DNA from: Octopus vulgaris | Lineage: Eukaryota | DNA: 64,000 nt | NCBI GenBank assembly: GCA_951406725.2 | Contig: OX597829.1 | Location: 2,604,001 to 2,668,000 of the forward strand | Direction: 5' to 3' | Part shown: positions 29,708 through 42,686 of the stretch, in pieces | Layout of the letters: the number at the start of each line of letters is the position of its first letter | How positions within the stretch are numbered: the stretch's first letter is position 1 | The notes under the pieces: model-generated | What the model was told of the DNA's origin: nothing | Databases searched by the model: none | What the model saw: only the letters and a program-made list of their open reading frames with translations | Position numbers and translations under genes: made by a program

Positions 29708-30413
29708 CAGGGTATTTCCTGAAGAAATTTTTGCTTTCTACTTGGTAGTATTGAAAGGGTGTTTTGTCTTTTACGATCTTCTTCCCACTGGATAGGACCA
29801 TCAATTCGCATGTGTATTACGACCAGTTGGACAAATCAAACGCAGCCGTCCAAAAGCATTCAGCGCTTGCTAATCGTGAGGACACTGTCTTTCATTACTA
29901 CAATGCAAGACCGCGCACTTCTTTGCTGACATGATAGAAGTTAATGGGGATTGACTGAGGAGTTTTGCCAGACCTTCCATATTTGCCCCATCTTGCGCTT
30001 TCATATTTTCACCTGTTTTGGTCTCTTCAAATTTCAATGGCAGGCTACACATTCAACTCTGAAGAGGATGTAAAAATTCATCTGGAAAAGTTTTTCGCCA
30101 GTAAAGACTGGAAATTTCCTCTGAGTGGGGAATAATGGATCTGCCCACACTATGGCAGAATATATTGGAACGAAACAGTAATTACGGAGATGTACTTGCA
30201 CAGAGAGTGACTCGATCTGAGATCGTGTGCTGGAACGAAAACAATTGCAGCGTGGAAGCCTTCAACATTTAAATTCAATTTGTCAAAATATTTTCCTCGC
30301 TTTCAGACCGCGACCTCTTCACTCACAAAATTCCGTTCTGCATCTCAGTAATTGTTTAAGACTTATTTTCGCTTAAAAACAAAAATGAACGATATCTTTG
30401 GCCGACCTAATAT
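29708..30413 (+). mobile_element. Decayed mariner transposon 3' half with TIR, interrupted at ~30190-30360
   Basis: 'FHYYNARPRTS' (HDNARPH) and 'PYLPHLALSYFHLFWSLQ' (YSPDLAPSDFHLF); right TIR ...tttggccgacctaata. Confidence 0.85.
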
Positions 30414-31254
30414 TTAAGCTCACACACACACACACACACACACACACGAATGTATATGCGCTTGTGTGTGTATATACTATAGTTTTTATTTCCAGAATAT
30501 TTGATATATTTTCACAGTTCAAAAGCAACTTGTAATAAATTTACATGACATACCCGTCCACACCCCAAAGCTATTATCGTGATAACACTTACGTACAGCT
30601 GATTATGATCTAGACTGTGGCTTTGGTATCAACACCACATAGTTTACTGCCATATCTAGATATTAGCATTCCTATCACTTCTCTGCTTCAGAGATTTTGT
30701 TATTTTTATTATTTTCTCCAATTTCCGATTTGCAAAAGTCATTCAGAGTGCGATTTAATATATCGGAGTTTTTTTTCCGGTTAGACTACGTTGGTTTCTA
30801 TTCCTGACGTTCGGAAAATTTTCCATGACATAAGTAATTTGCTCCGATGTTTTGTTGCGCTCGACAACTTTCTTGGATGTATATTGTTAATAAAAACGAA
30901 TATTCAAAGAATTACATTCCGAGGAACTTCAATCCAATTTCCATAACTTTTCATGTAGGCAGACTTATTGCCATGGACGTTCTTCATTGTGTCATTGCGA
31001 GTAGGTTCTACTTGAATAATACGACATTAAAAGGTTGTTGGAATCTATATTAACTCTCTGCCTTCTTATTTTTGTTCTATGAACGGCCGTTCAAAATCAC
31101 TTTTGATGAGGAAATGTTATTGAGGTAGTGCTTAAAAGATATCAACTCGTGTCTATTTGAATGGCCAAAAAGATGTATTACAACTGATTTCGAGTTCTAA
31201 CATATATTATTAATAATATTATAAGTCACTGATCTATAAAATGCGCTTTACGTG

Positions 31255-32011
31255 AAGTGTACTCATTCCGATCGCGGGGCCTCGACAGAGTCCCGCGTCG
31301 TTATTTTTCGTCACTACCTCCCCGTGCCGGGAGTGGGTAATTTGCGCGCCTGCTGCCTTCCTTGGATGTGGTAGCCGTTTCGCATGCTCCCTCTCCGGAA
31401 TCGAACCCTGATTCCCCGTTACCCGTTGCCACCACGGTCGGCACTGACCGGGCCGTCGACAGTTGATAGGGCGGACTCGCGGGGGACCCGTCGCGCGAAG
31501 GCTAGTGCGATACTAGCCCGTGCGATCGTACTGACAGTTATCCAGAGTCACCAAAATCGAAGGACGTGAAGCCGCCGCACGCCTAAGACCCGCGCGCGGA
31601 AGGCGCGGCGGCTGCTGCGACGGCCCGTACGCGTCGGTCTCAGTCTAATATTTGCGCCGCGACCAATGCGGAAGGCCGACCGTATCGTCGCGACCGGGAG
31701 GGACGGGCGCGGATGCGCCGCCCCAGGTCCGGCCGAGCGGACGCCGGCGGCGAACGACGGCGACGGCTGCCGAACGCCGTTTTCGAGCCCGACGCCCGGG
31801 TGCGACCTGCGATCGCGGCTTCGGTTGCATGTATTAGCTCTAGAATTGCCACAGTTATCCACTCTCCTCGCGGTGGAAGAATACGGTCCCGAGGATTAGG
31901 TCCGGTTCCTGAGCCATTCGCGGTTTCACCATTCGTTTACGGCATGAACTTACACTTGCATGGCTTAAGCTTTGAGACAAGCATATGACTACTGGCAGGA
32001 TCAACCAGGTA
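31255..32011 (-). rRNA. 18S rRNA: 18S rRNA 5' fragment (orphan/pseudogenic, 3'-truncated) with a GC-rich expanded V2 region
   Basis: Starts TACCTGGTTGATCCTGCCAGTAG at 32011; contains the universal motifs CTACCACATCCAAGGAAGGCAGCAGGCGCGCAAATTACCCA and GGAATGAGTACAC. Confidence 0.97.
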
Positions 32012-34400
32012 TCACCGACGTTACGTTTCGAGAGAACGAAGCGCGCGCGGCGGCGGCGGAAGCCCGGGAAGCAGCCGCCCGCCGCCGACGATCGGAAACG
32101 AGAGCGAAAGGAATCGGAGGGGCCGAAAACAGGGGGCGCGAGGGCGCTCGCGAGTTCGGCCGCCGTTCGTATACGCGCGCGCCAGCTCCTCCTCCTCCTC
32201 GTCCCGGAGGAGGAGAAGAAGGCGAAAACGACACGGGTCGACGCGCGAAGAAGCGTTCGCGATACAAAAAACGGTTTGCGATCCGACTGCCGCACACCGG
32301 GGCCGCTGCGGACGGGCTCCGGTGCGGGTCGTTTTGAAGTGGGGGCCGGTTCCGGGCGGAAGAGGGAAGAGGAGAAGGCGAAGAAGGCCAGCGACTAGGT
32401 CGGCAGACGAGAGGGGCAGCGGCGATTGGCGCGGGCCCGCTGCAGCTTTTAGACTCGCCCGGCGCCCTACGCGTCGGTGGTGGTCGTCGTCGCTTCCTCC
32501 ACCCGATCCTTTCGAAACGGCTGCGGCGAACTGCGTCCGGACTGCGGTCAACGAGCGAGTGCCATGACGGTGGTCGCCACGAAAACGACGCGCGCCAAGG
32601 CGGGGTGATGCCGGGAAGGAGAAGAAAAAGCTGCGGAAACGCTACGAGGCAGCGAAACCCGGAGTTGAAGCCACGGTTCCGTCCAGGGAAGAAGGGACGG
32701 ACACGGCACCGCTCTCTTTCGGAGACGCCGCGTCGCCTGTGGCGGAACGGGAAGCGACGGCTAGCCCGTCCGCCGCGCCGGCGCCGACGCGACACGAGGT
32801 CAGCGGCGTAACCTGACCGGGTCCTCGGCGGCGAAGACGAGGCCGGGGGTCGGAAGGAAGAAAAGAAAAAAAAGAAAACGCGGTAACGAGAAGCGGTTCG
32901 ATTGCGGGAGGACGAACCGGCGAGCGTGAAGAGGCGGGCAGACGCGGGCGTCGAGGGAGCGCGTCTAAAAGGCGGGCGGTGTGGCGACGGCGGCAGACAT
33001 TCGAGGACGCGCCAGCCGTGTAGAGTCGACCTTGCACCGGCAATAAGGGAGCTAACCGTTGGCAGAAAGGAGCGCCGACAACATCCCTTCCAGGCGGTCC
33101 ACCTATGCCGTTCGGCCACGACCCTACGTAAGGAGCGCTTGTGCGGCGGTTGCCGGCGGGCGAGCGAGGAAAGGCGGGCAAACGCGTGCGTCGAAAGGGT
33201 CGGGCGAACGCAGCGGCGTCTGAAAGGCGGGCGAAGGCGTGCGTCGAAAGATGCGGGTAGAACGCAGCGTCTAATAGGCGGGCGTGAAGAAGCGGACGTC
33301 CAGAGGCGGGCGAAGGCGGGCGAAGGCGGGCGAAGGCGAGCTTCAAAAGGCGGGCAAACGCGGGCGTCAACGGGCGGGCGAACGCAGCGTCTGAAAGGCG
33401 GGCGGTTCGGCGGCGGAAATTCGAGGACGCACCGGCCGTGTAGAATCGATCTTGCACCGGCAAACGGGGAGCTAACCGTCATCAGAAAAGGAGCTACGAG
33501 GACATCCTTCCGAGACGCTAACCTATGCCGATCAACCACAACCCTACATATTAGTCTGGACCCCCTCGGGGTGCGACGGTCACCTAGAGGCGTGACTATC
33601 CAGCCGGGGCCGATCCGTTTGCTTACGGTCCGAGCACCTCCTTGCTCACGGGTCGGACCACGTCGCTGTTTTTACCCGGTGCACATCGCCACGCACTCCC
33701 GGCGACTGACGGCATCGATCGCGCCTACGTCCACGTGTACGTGGGCGAGAGCGCGAGTTTCGCTTAAGTCCCAATCGAGCCTCGCGGTAGCGCGGCGGAG
33801 CTGCGGGCGAAGGCGGTAGAAAGCGGGCGAATGCCCGCCGCAATCGGCCGTTGCCTGCACCGGCCTCACTTTGTCATCTTTCGGGAATTTACGGGACGGA
33901 CCGCGTCACCGCATCGAACGCCCGCACGTCGCGACATCGGTCGCGGCTACGTCCACGCGTACGCGGGCGAGACCGCACGCTCAAGTTCGTGCTTCCGATT
34001 TCACGCACGGTAGGGCGGCGGAGACGCGGGCGACCGGCGCACGCCTTCCGCCGCTACCTCGTGCTAGCCGCAGTTTGTCATCTTTCGGGATTTTTACGGG
34101 ACGGACCACGTACTCCTATCGAGCGCCGGTATCTCGTGAACGCCTTCCGGCACCGGTGGCGGCTACGTCCACGCGTACGGGGGTCGAACCGCGAGCTTAG
34201 GTTCGTTCTTTCGATTTCGGGCACGTCAGGGCGGCGGAGCAACGGGCTACCGTGCTAGCCGCAGTTTGCCATCTTTCGTGTTTTTACGGGACGGACCACG
34301 TCGCCGTATCGACGGCGTGCATCTCGTGAACGCCTTCCGGCGCCCGGCGGCGCGACGCCGAGCGAACGGCGACGCGGCCGCGCGGGAGCGAGGCGACACA
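32012..34400 (-). other. rDNA 5'ETS and intergenic-spacer segment with subrepeats
   Basis: Very GC-rich and contiguous with the 18S 5' end. Contains a 420-bp-period duplication (33001 / 33421), (GGCGGGCGAA)n, and three ~200-bp repeats containing tttg(t/c)catctttcg..tttacgggacggacc. Confidence 0.8.
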
Positions 34401-35591
34401 CAGGCCCGACCGACCCGGTCCTCGGAGCCAATCCTTCTTCTGAAGGTACGGATCCATTTTGCCGACTTCCCTTACCTACATTGGCGCTATCGACGAGAGG
34501 CTGTACACCTTGGAGACCTGCTGCGGATGGTGGGTACGGACCGACTCGAGAGCTGCGATTCGTTACGGACCCGGATTTTCCAGGGCCGCCGAGAGCGCAC
34601 CGGACGCCGCCCGAGACGCGGCGCTCTACAGGTACCATATCCGTATCTCCGGACGAGCCGATTCCACGGACGCGGTCCTTTACGAAGAAGAGAGAACTCT
34701 TCCCGGGGCTCCCGGCAACGTCTCCGGGCTCGCTTGCGTTGCCGCTGCTTCGCCCGGCCGCCGGCTTCGACGACGGACGCGCTGCTAGGAAGAGCACGCC
34801 GCGTTCCCGCCGACGGACGGGCACTCTCCGAGTTCGGGTTAGGGAATATTAACCCGATTCCCTTTCGATGCGAGGCCGGCCGCGTAAATCGATATCGAAC
34901 CGCGCGAGAGCAGTTCTTTTCTTTCTAAACGACGGATCCGGCGCCTTTCGTGGAAGCTTTCGCCCGCTTCTTAGGACCGACTGACCCGTGCTCGACCGCC
35001 GTTGGCACGGAACCCTTCTCCACTTCGGTCTTCGAAGGTCTCGTTCGAATATTTGCTACTACCACCGAGATCTGCACCCGCGGTCGGCTTCACCCGGGCT
35101 CGCGCCCGCGGCTTCCATGCACGCCGCGGCGCCCTCCTACTCGACCGGGCATCGGAAAGTCGCCTCGCCGGCGATCGCGCAACCTGTCGCCCGGCCGGTC
35201 CGGCATCGGTCGCTCGCTCCAGCGCCATCCATTTTCGGGGCCGGTCGATTCGGCAGGTAAGTTGTTACACACTCCTGAGCGGATTCCGACTTCCGTGGCC
35301 ACCGTCCTGCTGTCTATATCGACCGACACCCTTTCGGGGATCTAATGGGCGAAGCGTAGGGCACCTTAGCCGGACGTTCGGTTCATCCCACATCACCAGT
35401 TCTGCTTACCAAAAGTGGCCCACTTGGCACCGTGCATTCGTCGTCGCATAACGGCGGCCGCCTCCGATCGGGAGAGGAGCGGCCCGTTTCGCCCGTTCCG
35501 AGTTCGAGAGTAGATCGAGGCCGTCAACGTCCCCGGGGCCTCCAGTCGTTTGCTTTACCGGACGGAATTGCGTGTCGTTCTCCCGCTGGCG

Positions 35592-35634
<43 letters not shown>

Positions 35635-36222
35635 CGGCTCGATTGGTCTTTCGCCCCTACACCCGGTTCCGACGATCGATTTGCACGTCAGAGGCGCTTC
35701 GGACTTCCACCAGAGTTTCCTCTGGCTTCGTCCCGACCGGGCGTGGATCGCCATCTTTCGGGTCCCCGGCCGCCTGCTACACCTGAGTCGGAGCGGGAAC
35801 GCCGGACGCGAACGTCGCGGCGAACGCGCGGACCCGACCCGGGAACGATGCTTCGAAGCGCCGTCCCGCCGAAGCGAGACGGCGACGTCGTGTCACGTTC
35901 TCGCTTTCGCTGTGCCGTCGGAGTTCGCGAAGTGAAAGGCTCCAACGACTCGCAGTCGACTGGGACTCCTCGGTCCGTGTTTCAAGACGGGTCGGGTAGG
36001 TTGCCGATGCTCGTCGCTGACCGGCGGCAGCGGGCGGCTTTTCGGGCGGAAGGTGTCCCGCGACCGCAACGCGCGTCGCCCCCTTGCGAGGGTTTCCGCG
36101 CAGTCGCGGCGCGCGGGCGGCCGCGTCGCTCGCGACCTCCGGAAAGAGGCCGCGCGCGACTCGCTGCGTCGTTCGTGCTAAGGGCGAGGTGCGTTTGCCC
36201 GTCTCCGTCGGTTAGCCGTGCC
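34400..36222 (-). rRNA. 28S rRNA: 28S rRNA internal fragment (within D2 to the start of D8), truncated at both ends
   Basis: Conserved blocks GACCCGTCTTGAAACACGGACC, CCGAAGTTTCCCTCAGGATAGC, CCACTTTTGGTAAGCAGAACTGG, CGAAAGGGAATCGGGTTAATATTCC and GTAAGGGAAGTCGGCAAAATGGATCCGTA. Confidence 0.97.
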
Positions 36223-36569
36223 TGCGCTTTACGTTCTATAAAATGTTTTCGTTCGGATGAGATATACTTTGGTTACGTGTTCTTTGTCATATGTTCCATC
36301 AATGTACATGTCCGGCCATTGATAGAGATGTTCGCTCGGTTTATAGCCTCATTTCTTACAAAACCAGAGAGGGATATTTTTCTTGGCAAAACTGTAGTCC
36401 TACATCCTTTAAAAGTATCAGATATTGGACATCTAATTTCAGGTTGTTGATGAAAAGGCTATGTTAGGATGATTTTCCCGTCTTCTAGTAATCCTTCAGA
36501 TTTCCTCAATAAGAAGGAAAGAGGGTTCAGTGCTAGCGTCATTGAGGGATTGTCTGGTTTTTCCTACCA

Positions 36570-38110
36570 GCTACACTTCTAGGTATTCTCGTTTTGTGGC
36601 CTGTCGAGAGCAAGAGGCGATATAGCAGTTTTATTCAGAAAATCTTTGGGTCTCAAAGTAAGGGCAATCTTCTCGGACCCGAACGCTAGGTTGGTGGTCC
36701 TAGATGTGAATGGCGGTGAAGGTGGCACCTTTGGATTGGTGGCTGTGTATGTTCCGACAGGGGCTGGGAGGCCAGATTTCATCAGGCATCTAGAAATGGT
36801 CTCGGGAATGACTCGCACTTTACTACTAGTGGGGGACTGGAATAGTATTTTGGACGCGCGGAAAGACTGTGTGGGTCTTGTACATAGAAAAAGTGGGTTT
36901 AAAAGCATCGGAAACCTGCTTAGAAACTTCCAACTGTTTAACAGGTATAGACTGGATTTCCCCGGTGTGCCAGTGTGGTCATGGAGCAATAGGTCATTCA
37001 GATAGTATCTAGATAGAATATTTGTTTGGTCAGCGGATAAGGATCGTCTGGGTGTACATTATTCAAATTTTGGGGCTACACGAGTCGATTTAGATAGGAT
37101 TCGTAGATAGGGACCCGGTTAATGGAAGTTTAATGCATACTTTCCGGAGAGCAAAGACTACAGGGACCGGATTAATGAACTAGTTAAGCGGCAGTTGAGT
37201 GATGCAATCGTCAACAGTCGGTGGTGGATTACCCTGAAGAGGGCAATTAGAACAGAATCGATAGAGTTCAGCAAAGATTAGCAATAGAAAGAAACAGATT
37301 AGAACTAGTGGGCGAACTAGAAGAGGCGATTAGTAAAGGCATCGCGACTGACGTGCTAGCGGCAAGAATGGCTCTTGACCATTTCTTTGAGGCGAAACAC
37401 GAAGGTTGCATTGCCAATGCTAAGACCCGTGCTCTAAAACATGAGAGAACTAAAGCCGTCCGATGGGTTCGAACGGTGGAGACGCGACGTGGAAATAAAA
37501 CCACGATCGGGTCTTTGATGGATCAGGACGGGCGCGTGCTACATGGTTCTGAGCAAATGTGTATAGCCTTACAGCAGCACTTCGCGCAGTTGTTTGGAGG
37601 GGGCGTGGGTCGACGATGGTAACGTACTTTAGTTCGTACTTCGATGGCCTGCCGCGGCTCTCGGCAGCGGACGCGAGGTTCTGCGAAAAGCCGATAACGG
37701 CCACTGAAATACGAGAGGCGGTGAGCGATTGCACAAGTCGCAAATCGCCAGGTTTAGATGGTCTGCCCTATGAATTCTATATATTTATACCAGATATGTT
37801 TGGCGAATCCTTGGCAGACGTTTACCGCAACTAGCAACGGAACGGGAGAACTCCTAGTGCTGTTAGTCGGGGTGTGGTGACACTGCTAAAGAAGGATGCC
37901 AAGAGTGGGGACATACTAAGGGATTTTCGGTCCATAATTCTGCTAAACACAGAGCTTAAGACTATAGCCTAGGTGTTAGCTAAAAGGTTGGTGATGGTCG
38001 TTGGTAGTCAAGTAGAGGAAGCACAAAGGTGCGCAATCCCAAATAGGTCCATCCACGACGACCTCCACCTTATTCGGGACATCATAGAGAGGAATGGGAC
38101 TAATGCTTTG
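36570..38110 (+). mobile_element. Decayed L1/Tx1-clade LINE ORF2 (APE endonuclease to start of RT)
   Basis: Motifs 'VAVYVP', 'LLLVGDWNSILD', 'YLDRIF', 'WKFN', 'KSPGLDGLPYEFY' and 'AIPNRSIHDDLHLIRDII', with stops and frameshifts. Confidence 0.9.
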
Positions 38111-39170
38111 TGGCTGTTCTAGGTCTTTTAGCAAATCACTTCTAATTGCAAACGCAACACCACCTTCTCTTTTCTCTGCCTTCGGTTTCCAACCCAGAAT
38201 AATGTGAAACCTGCCAGTCTTTTGACAAGAGGATCTTCATCTGAACATCTTGTTTCAGAAAGAGCTGCAATATCAACATTAAGATGCCTTAGCACCTTAG
38301 TTACTAGAGCTGTTCTTCTTTCAGGCCCATCTGCTCGATTTAAAAGGGTTCTCACATTCCAACAGGCCAGGTTGAGAGAAACCTTATTCCTTGCATACTT
38401 GTTATCGTTGTTTATATCAATTCTTTGTCCATTCCTTCTAAATTGAACCACCGTTCGCCGCAGTAAACTAACCAGAAGAGAGAGGACAGACAATTTTTAT
38501 TGCACCTTTTCTAGCACCTTCCCAGTATATCCAGGTGAGCAGTGTTCTCCTTAAAAGGGCTGCTCAGACACAGGATTCTCCACTGTAAACAGTTCCTGTC
38601 CAAGAAAACATTTTAGCAATGTTAAGATAAGAACCCTGCCGCCTTATGTTCAAATTTGTAATTGTACGCTTCCAACCGGTCAAGTCTGCATCCGTCGCCA
38701 TGCCTCTATCGCCATTAGACTTTTTGAAAAGTGATAATTGTACGATGATGGTGTTTTGTCGGGGACATCTGCACTTCACTGGATTTCAGTGACAAATGCT
38801 CGTACAACACTTCTGCCACTCTCTGGGTCAGAATAGTAGATTCCAGGGACAAGCAAGATGACTAGTACTAAAGTTGACTGCAGGTTTTATACCGGAGTAC
38901 CTTTTCCTAGGCCTTTCCTCAGAAGAATTCTGCAAGCCAGCAGTGGTAAGTCAATTTGAATTCAGAGCTTTATTCTCCTATCCTCGTTGTCCTAATCACG
39001 GCTCCGTTTCAAAACAGAAGTCCAGTTTTCCCCCCATCAGCAGTCATCGCTTTGACAAGGCAGCCAGTTAAGGGACTGTCATTACTATGACCTTGTTTTA
39101 TGTCAGAGTGTCCCTCTCCTGGAAGAGTTGCCTTCATCACGGCTAATGAGCCTCATCTGCCCCACCACAC
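38111..39170 (-). mobile_element. RTE-clade LINE 5' fragment (5'UTR and N-terminal APE endonuclease)
   Basis: 'LNLACWNVRTLL...RPERRTAL'-type motif and 'VDIAALSETR...GFTLFWVG'. Confidence 0.88.
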
Positions 39171-39227
39171 ACAAACAGGAAAAACATAAGTACTCATTAA
39201 AAAAATAACACGAATATATATATATAC

Positions 39228-39445
39228 TCTTTATTCTCTTTTACTATTTTACTTGTTTCAGTCATTTGACTGTGGCCATGCTGGAGCACCGCCTTTAATC
39301 GAGCAACTCGACCCCGGGACTTATTCTATTGTAAGCCCAGTACTTATTCTATCGGTCTCTTTTGCCGAACCGCTAAGTAACGGGTACATAAACACACCAG
39401 CATCGGTTGTCAAGCAATGCTAGGGTGACTAAGACAGATACACAA

Positions 39446-39480
<35 letters not shown>

Positions 39481-39640
39481 CATATATACGGCGGGCTTCT
39501 TTCAGTTTCCGTCTACCAAATCCACTCACAATAGCCCGAGGCTATTGTAGAAGACACTTGACCAAGGTACCACGCAATGGGACTGAACCCGGAACCATGT
39601 GGTCGGTAAACAAGCTACTTACCACATAGCCACTCCTGTG

Positions 39641-39643
<3 letters not shown>
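39228..39643 (-). mobile_element. SINE family B
   Basis: Homologous to the 23305 and 24665 copies. Confidence 0.9.
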
Positions 39644-39683
<40 letters not shown>

Positions 39684-39944
39684 TGCAATTTTTACAAAAT
39701 GTTTTTTATTTATTTATAAAAATATATAAATACATAGATAAATAAATAAATTCACAATTAAAACTATAAGTAAAATAAAATAAAAATGAAGAGATATAAA
39801 TATATATAAATATATAAAATATGTATAAATATATATAAAACATATAAAAAGATATATAAAAAAATATATATAAAAGGTATATAAAAAAAATTAAATATAC
39901 ATATAGTAATATACACACACAAACACACCCACCATGTATACATA

Positions 39945-40130
39945 ATGCTGGATGGCCGTTGACTACACACGAGTTCTTCCGCCCTTTGACAGGTCTTACT
40001 TTTAATCCGGCAGGGTGTCCAACAACCACCCCCTGCACCAGGTAAGCTTGGTGGCGTTGCCAGTTTAGTCGCCAACGACTCTACCATGCAAACGTTTGTA
40101 CTGGGTCACCAGTAGCGGTCAAGGGCGATA
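39945..40130 (-). mobile_element. Hairpin-rich repeat fragment, probably an RTE-like 5'UTR
   Basis: GC-richer island with several stems (cgccctttgac / gtcaagggcg, tactgg / ccagta). The assignment is by resemblance only. Confidence 0.35.
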
Positions 40131-40395
40131 TAAATATATCGTTGCTATTATGTAAAAGTGTCGTAAGTATGAGACGTTGCCTTTTTTTTTTTTTTTTTTT
40201 TTTGCCTGAGAACGAAAAAATAGTTTCACCACTCCATAGCAAAAACCATTGTACTACACTTTGATACTTTTCGATATCTTGGCATCTGAAGCAGCTGGAG
40301 ATGCGATAGACTGACCATAAGAACCGGTTGTTGCAAGTGAAAATAATTATTAAAAAACAAAAACAAAAAAAAACCGCATTTGGCCATATTTGGAT

Positions 40396-40777
40396 GGAAG
40401 CACTCCGTCGGTTACGACGACGAGGGTCCCGGTTAATCCGAATCAACGGAACAGCCTGCTCGTGAAATTAACGTGTAAGTGGCTGAGCACTCCACAGACA
40501 CGTGCACCCTTAACGTAGTTCTCGGGGATATTCAGCGTGACACAGAGAATGACAAGGCCGGCCCTTTGAAATACAGGTACAACAGAAACAGGAAGTAAGA
40601 GTGAGAGAAAGTTGTGGTGAAAGAGTACAGCTGGGATCACCACCATCCCTGCCGGAGCCTCGTGGAGCTTTAGGTGTTTTCGCTTAATAAACACTCACAA
40701 CGCCTGGTCTGGGAATCGAAACCGCGATCCTATGACCGCGAGTCCGCTGCCCTAACCACTGGGCCATTGCGCCTCCA
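40396..40777 (-). mobile_element. Full-length tRNA-derived SINE family C
   Basis: A-box TGGCCCAGTGG and B-box-like GGTTTCGATTCC; 11-bp TSD catatttggat (40385-40395 / 40778-40788). Confidence 0.92.
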
Positions 40778-40874
40778 CATATTTGGATATACGACAGTTT
40801 AATATAACAGCAACAATGTTTGTGTGGGTGTGCGCGCGCGCGTGTAGTAGTGAAGGTATGTATTAGAGCGATGA

Positions 40875-41293
40875 GGGCGGCGAGCTGGCAGAGTGGTTAG
40901 CACGCCGGGCGAAATGCTTAGCAGTATTTCGTTTGTCGTTACGTTCTCAGTTCAAATTCTACCGAGGTCGACTTTGCCTTTCATCCTTTCGGGGTCGATT
41001 AAATAAGTACCAGCTACGCACTGGGGTCAATATAATCGACTTAATACCTATGTCTGTCCTTGTTTGTCCTCTCTGTGTTTAGCCCCTTGTGGGTAGTAAA
41101 GAAATAGGTATTTCATCTGCCTCTACGTTCTGAGTTCAAATTCCGCCGAGGTCGACTTTGCCTTTCATCCTTTCGGGGTCGATTAAATAAGTACCAGTTA
41201 CGCACTGGGGTCGATATAATCGCCTTAATCTGTATGTCTGTCTTTGTTTCTCCCCCCTGTGTTTAGCCCTTTGTGGGTAGTAAAGAAATAGGT
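40875..41293 (+). mobile_element. SINE-A dimer (full unit plus headless unit)
   Basis: Junction gaaataggt|atttc at ~41109; single TSD tattagagcgatga (40861-40874 / 41297-41310). Confidence 0.92.
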
Positions 41294-41993
41294 ATATATT
41301 AGAGCGATGAAGTGGTTTATAAAGAACTTCCCCTTTTAATAATCCTTTCTACTGAAGTTACCAGGCCTGAAATATGTGGGGATGGGAAATCGATCACATG
41401 AACCTCAGTATGTAACTGGTACTTAATGTATCGTGCTGGAAGAATGAAAGGCAAAGTTGACCTCGGCAGAATTTGAAATCGGAGCGTAAGTTTTCCTTTG
41501 TAAATAATACTTTCCAATTTTAATACGGTAGAGATGGCAGAAACGTTAACATGCCGAACAAAATATTTTGCGGCATTTCGTCCGTCTTCCCGTTCTGAGT
41601 TTATATTCCGACGAGATCAGCCTTACAGTTTATCCTTTCGGGGCCTTATAAAATGAATACCAATCGAACCCCTACCCTAAATACAAGCCTTCTGCAAAAA
41701 TTAGAAGCCGATATATTAAGTAAACGGGTGTGATTCAAAAATACAAATGAAAAGCAATAACAATAACGACAACAAAAAAAAAACTCAGTGTTTATATCTC
41801 TGTTACTTGCATTTTTATTTCCTCCTCCCACCACCACAAAAAAACGCACTGGATGAAAAAACAAATTAAATACAGTTGTCTCCCTTGTCTAAGAGAAGTT
41901 GTTTCCCTTATTCTATGAAAATCAATCATCTGTAATCCGGTATATATACACAACGCACACACAAATATACATACATACCTACAATATGTATAA

Positions 41994-42024
<31 letters not shown>

Positions 42025-42119
42025 TATTGTGATGAGTGGTCAGTCTACATCTATCCAACACTACGGGTTTATAGCTTTAAGTTTATAGTGTGTATGTGCG
42101 TGCATATACACACACATAC

Positions 42120-42150
<31 letters not shown>

Positions 42151-42156
42151 CATACA

Positions 42157-42228
<72 letters not shown>

Positions 42229-42336
42229 TATTGGTAAAAATATATTATGTAAATAGAGGAAATTTATTTATAAAATAATATGTTACATTACACGATAGTC
42301 AAGATAAAACTCTGAGATAAGCGTTTTCAAGTAGCC

Positions 42337-42399
42337 AGATAACCGAAGAGATGGTGTCGTGGATTCCCACTTCGGCATCTGAAACTCAGAGTTTTATCT
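42337..42399 (+). ncRNA. Hammerhead-like motif with CCGAAGA core in a Penelope-like inverted-repeat module (42240-42420)
   Basis: AGAUAA-CCGAAGA-GAUG...CAUC-U-GAAA-CUC-a-GAG-UU-UUAUCU. Confidence 0.55.
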
Positions 42400-42417
42400 C
42401 GACTATCGTGTAATGTA

Positions 42418-42589
<172 letters not shown>

Positions 42590-42686
42590 TGATAGATAGA
42601 TATAACAATTGCAGTGTGGAAGGTGTTTGTAAGCCATTTAAGAAACACACAAAAACCGTTCGATTCACTTCAACATTTAAGTTTAA

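Noticed and set aside
31255-36222. Functional rDNA unit, or an R2-type insertion in 28S
   Set aside because: Both rRNAs are truncated, 5.8S/ITS is absent, and the 28S region holding the R2 site is missing. The Tx1-like LINE starts ~350 bp outside the block.
32001-36450. Arg/Pro-rich ORFs up to 512 aa
   Set aside because: These are chance ORFs in very GC-rich rDNA and spacer sequence.
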